Below are positions 61,297 to 64,000 of a DNA stretch of 64,000 nt, piece by piece. The notes under the pieces are model-generated. The model ran no database searches. It was not told the DNA's origin and saw only the letters and a list, made by a program, of their open reading frames with translations. The stretch lies in the NCBI GenBank assembly GCA_963675755.2, contig CAXXMD010000002.1, positions 1,984,001 through 2,048,000 of the forward strand. Direction: 5' to 3'. The position numbers were made by a program, and so were the translations under genes. Every line of letters begins with the position of its first letter. The first letter of the stretch is position 1. Origin of the DNA: a bacterium (GTDB taxonomy: Bacteria > Zhuqueibacterota > Zhuqueibacteria > Residuimicrobiales > Krinioviventaceae).

Positions 61297-61567
61297 CGTT
61301 CCTCCTGTTTTTGGGTTAAAATTTGGAAAGCATTCTCCACCAATGCCACCCCGTTCTGTTTAACAGGCTACAATTCCAAAAGTTAAAAAATTCAATATAA
61401 TGCACTAGCACAAGATATTTTTTAACAATAACTTGCAACCAAATTAAACAATAGTACTAGAATCATACTTGTTACAAAACAATCTTGGTTTGAAACACGA
61501 GTATTACCCCTTGAATCGTCCCACCTCTAAAAGTAATAATATTTTTTCAAATAAAAAAACTTTTTCC

Positions 61568-61608
61568 AAAAAAAAAGCCCCGATCATCAATTATGATAAT
61601 CGGGGCTC
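61568..61608 (-). terminator. terminator of the cold-shock gene
   Basis: A-run, then AGCCCCGAT...ATCGGGGCT stem. Confidence 0.7.
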
Positions 61609-61625
61609 AAAGTCAATCTGGCACT

Positions 61626-61826
61626 CTATAGCTTTGAAACCTTGATTGCTTGCAAACCTTTACGGCCCTGTTCAACCTCGAACTGGACCTGCACACCTTC
61701 TTCTAATGTTTTATACCCATCCCCGTCGATTGCTTTATAGTGCACAAACACATCATCACCGGATTCTCTGGTTATGAATCCATAACCTTTTGCTCCATCA
61801 AACCATTTTACAGTTCCTGTTTCCAT
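61626..61826 (-). CDS. csp: cold-shock protein (CspA family)
   Basis: [29 protein letters not shown]. Confidence 0.95.
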   Translation of the reverse strand: METGTVKWFDGAKGYGFITRESGDDVFVHYKAIDGDGYKTLEEGVQVQFEVEQGRKGLQAIKVSKL

Positions 61827-62311
61827 ACAAATCACCCTTTATTATTACAATTAAAGTACTACAGTATTACAACTTGCCGGATAAAAAAAAATCATCTTGA
61901 TTGCTGTGACAGGATACATCAGCATTCTTGACGATTATCTTAAACAGTTATTACTATATGAATTATCCTTGCTTCCGGGATTAATAGATGTAATCGAGTA
62001 CCATGTGTTAATATTTCAAGGTAAACATTACCCTGATACAATGCAACAAAAAAAAACATAAACTTTTACAATTTAACACAAAATTAACCCATATCGCCTT
62101 ATTTTGCCCCATTCAACCAAAAATCACACAACCAATCGTTTGTTTTAAAATCAATATATTTTACATATTACACGTCAGGATTGTTAAAAGCCTATATTTT
62201 TCAAAATAAACCAATTCCATCCTGTAATTTCACTCAATCGATATGCAATTAATAAAAAAGCCCCAGACAGATAGTAATGCCCGGGGCCCTGAATTAGTAA
62301 TGATGCCACAA

Positions 62312-63628
62312 TTAGTACTGTACTCTACCGGTAGCCTGTTCCCAATCAAAATAAGCGGCAAGGTAATCATACACTGCGGAATAATATCCCAACTGTGCCT
62401 GATCAAACATCAACCTTGCGTCTTTTAATTCCAACTGGGTAGACAATCCCGATTCTGTTGTAGTTTCTGTAATATGAAAGGCTTTCTCTGCTGTTTCCCA
62501 GGTAGCCTTTGCAGAAGCGATACGTTGATTTGCTTCCTTTAAACGTAAATACACATTCGATACTTCATTGGTAATATCTTCACGGGTTTTATCCATTTGC
62601 AGTCTTGTTTTTTCCAGCTCAACCTGTGCTTTTTGTACTTCTGCAAGCCGGTAACCACCCGTAAAAATGGGCAGCGATAAATTTAAACCGGCAAATAACA
62701 ACTTGTTCTCTTCATCGAATTTATAATAATTGGATTGAGAAGTATATGCATAAGCAACTTGACCAGTCAAAGTTGGTAAAAACGCTCCTTTTTTAGCACC
62801 CACATTTGTGGTGCGCAGCTTTTCTTCCCATTTCAGAGCATTCATATCCGGTCTTTTATCAAAAACCACAGACAATTCCTGCATTTCCGGAATTGGAGGA
62901 ACCGTTTCCAGGTTTCCCGTCAACTCAATTTCAGATTTAACATCAATTCCCGCAAAATTCTTGAGCGTATTCATTACAATCTTTTGATTTCGTCTGGCTT
63001 GCTCACTTTGCGGCACGGCACTGCGCCAGCGGGTTTCAGCTTGCAACAAGTCCAGCTCAGAGATTTGTCCATTGTCAAAACGCAGCTTCATAGTATTATA
63101 ATTCTCTAAAGCATTTGCCTCGGCTGCCTCACTTACTATTTTTACCTTTTCCAATAATAAACACTGGTAAAACAACTGTTTTGCTCCGGTAATAATAGCC
63201 TGATTACTGGCTTTGTAAATGTATTCTGTCAATTCTTCATACTGCCTGGCAGCCTTGATTGCACTGCCAACAGAAGGACTAAACAGAGTCTGCTGTAATG
63301 CCAGGGTAGCACTGTATTCATTATCGCGTTTAATCGGTGCCTTAATCACTCCACCGGCTCCCGGCATTAGAGAACCTGCGTCAAAATACATATAATAATC
63401 AGTTAAATTTCGAACATATCCGGCTTCGGCAGCTACTATTGGAAGCGCTTGAGAAATTGCTTCTTTTTTTTGAACGTCTGCCAGCTCCCGGTCTTTATCT
63501 GCCAATTTCAAATCTTTACTGTGCTCTTTAACAACTTCCAGATAGGCGTCAAGATCAAGCGTCTCTGCCAACAGTAACTGAAATCCGCACAATACCAGTA
63601 AAGTCATATATATGAAAATATTTTTCAT
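62312..63628 (-). CDS. TolC-family outer membrane efflux protein
   Basis: Signal peptide, two OEP repeats, RPD, LSLPIFTGG; downstream of the RND gene. Confidence 0.9.
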   Translation of the reverse strand: MKNIFIYMTLLVLCGFQLLLAETLDLDAYLEVVKEHSKDLKLADKDRELADVQKKEAISQALPIVAAEAGYVRNLTDYYMYFDAGSLMPGAGGVIKAPIKRDNEYSATLALQQTLFSPSVGSAIKAARQYEELTEYIYKASNQAIITGAKQLFYQCLLLEKVKIVSEAAEANALENYNTMKLRFDNGQISELDLLQAETRWRSAVPQSEQARRNQKIVMNTLKNFAGIDVKSEIELTGNLETVPPIPEMQELSVVFDKRPDMNALKWEEKLRTTNVGAKKGAFLPTLTGQVAYAYTSQSNYYKFDEENKLLFAGLNLSLPIFTGGYRLAEVQKAQVELEKTRLQMDKTREDITNEVSNVYLRLKEANQRIASAKATWETAEKAFHITETTTESGLSTQLELKDARLMFDQAQLGYYSAVYDYLAAYFDWEQATGRVQY

Positions 63629-63668
63629 TAAAATTATCTCCTTTGGTCCATTTCAACGAGCGAATACT

Positions 63669-64000
63669 TTACGCCTGCTTTTTCACCTTTTGTTTACTAG
63701 TCAAATAATAAAGTGTGGGTATTACAATCAAGGCCAACACTGTTGAAATCAGCAGACCACCAATACTAACAACACCCATAGGTTGACGAAATTCTCGTCC
63801 CGATGCCCCCATACCCAAAGCCATGGGCAGCATACCCAGAATAATAGCAATAGAAGACATGAGAATCGGTTTCAATTTTGTAGGACAAGCTTCTACCAAT
63901 GCGTCATGCACATTGTATCCTTTTTGACGGACCAACAGGTTTGTATAGTCCAGTAACAAAATTGCATTATTCACTACAATACCCAAAAGCATAATAATTG
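63669..64000 (-). CDS. RND efflux permease (AcrB family), C-terminal fragment
   Basis: GIVVNNAILLLD, KLKPILMS, PMGVVSIGGL; 5' part lies outside the window. Confidence 0.92.
   Translation of the reverse strand, partial: IIMLLGIVVNNAILLLDYTNLLVRQKGYNVHDALVEACPTKLKPILMSSIAIILGMLPMALGMGASGREFRQPMGVVSIGGLLISTVLALIVIPTLYYLTSKQKVKKQA

Overview
Bacterial chromosomal segment, AT-rich, probably from an FCB-group organism such as KSB1 or Calditrichota (inferred from four secreted proteins ending in the 'L.QNYPNPFNP.T.I' sorting domain). Most of the window is ordinary: signalling genes (Ser/Thr kinase, PP2C phosphatase, chemoreceptor, two propeller histidine kinases), enzymes, a single-chain restriction-modification gene, a DUF438/DUF1858 operon with an FNR-type box, an AbiE type IV toxin-antitoxin pair, VTC/DUF4956 and the end of an RND-TolC system. 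The main feature is a compact, apparently intact head-and-tail operon of about 11 kb on the minus strand (33981-45144): portal, protease/scaffold, decoration protein, capsid, neck, tail tube, two paralogous Dit-like genes around an LVIVD-propeller tail hub, and holin-like genes. No terminase, integrase, repressor, replication or endolysin gene is recognisable in the window, and a 57-aa ORF occupies the tape-measure position. It is a candidate domesticated, gene-transfer-agent-like particle, though a decayed prophage cannot be excluded. An 11-copy 42-bp REP-like array separates it from the AbiE locus. All calls come from reading motifs and gene order by eye; no database searches were run.
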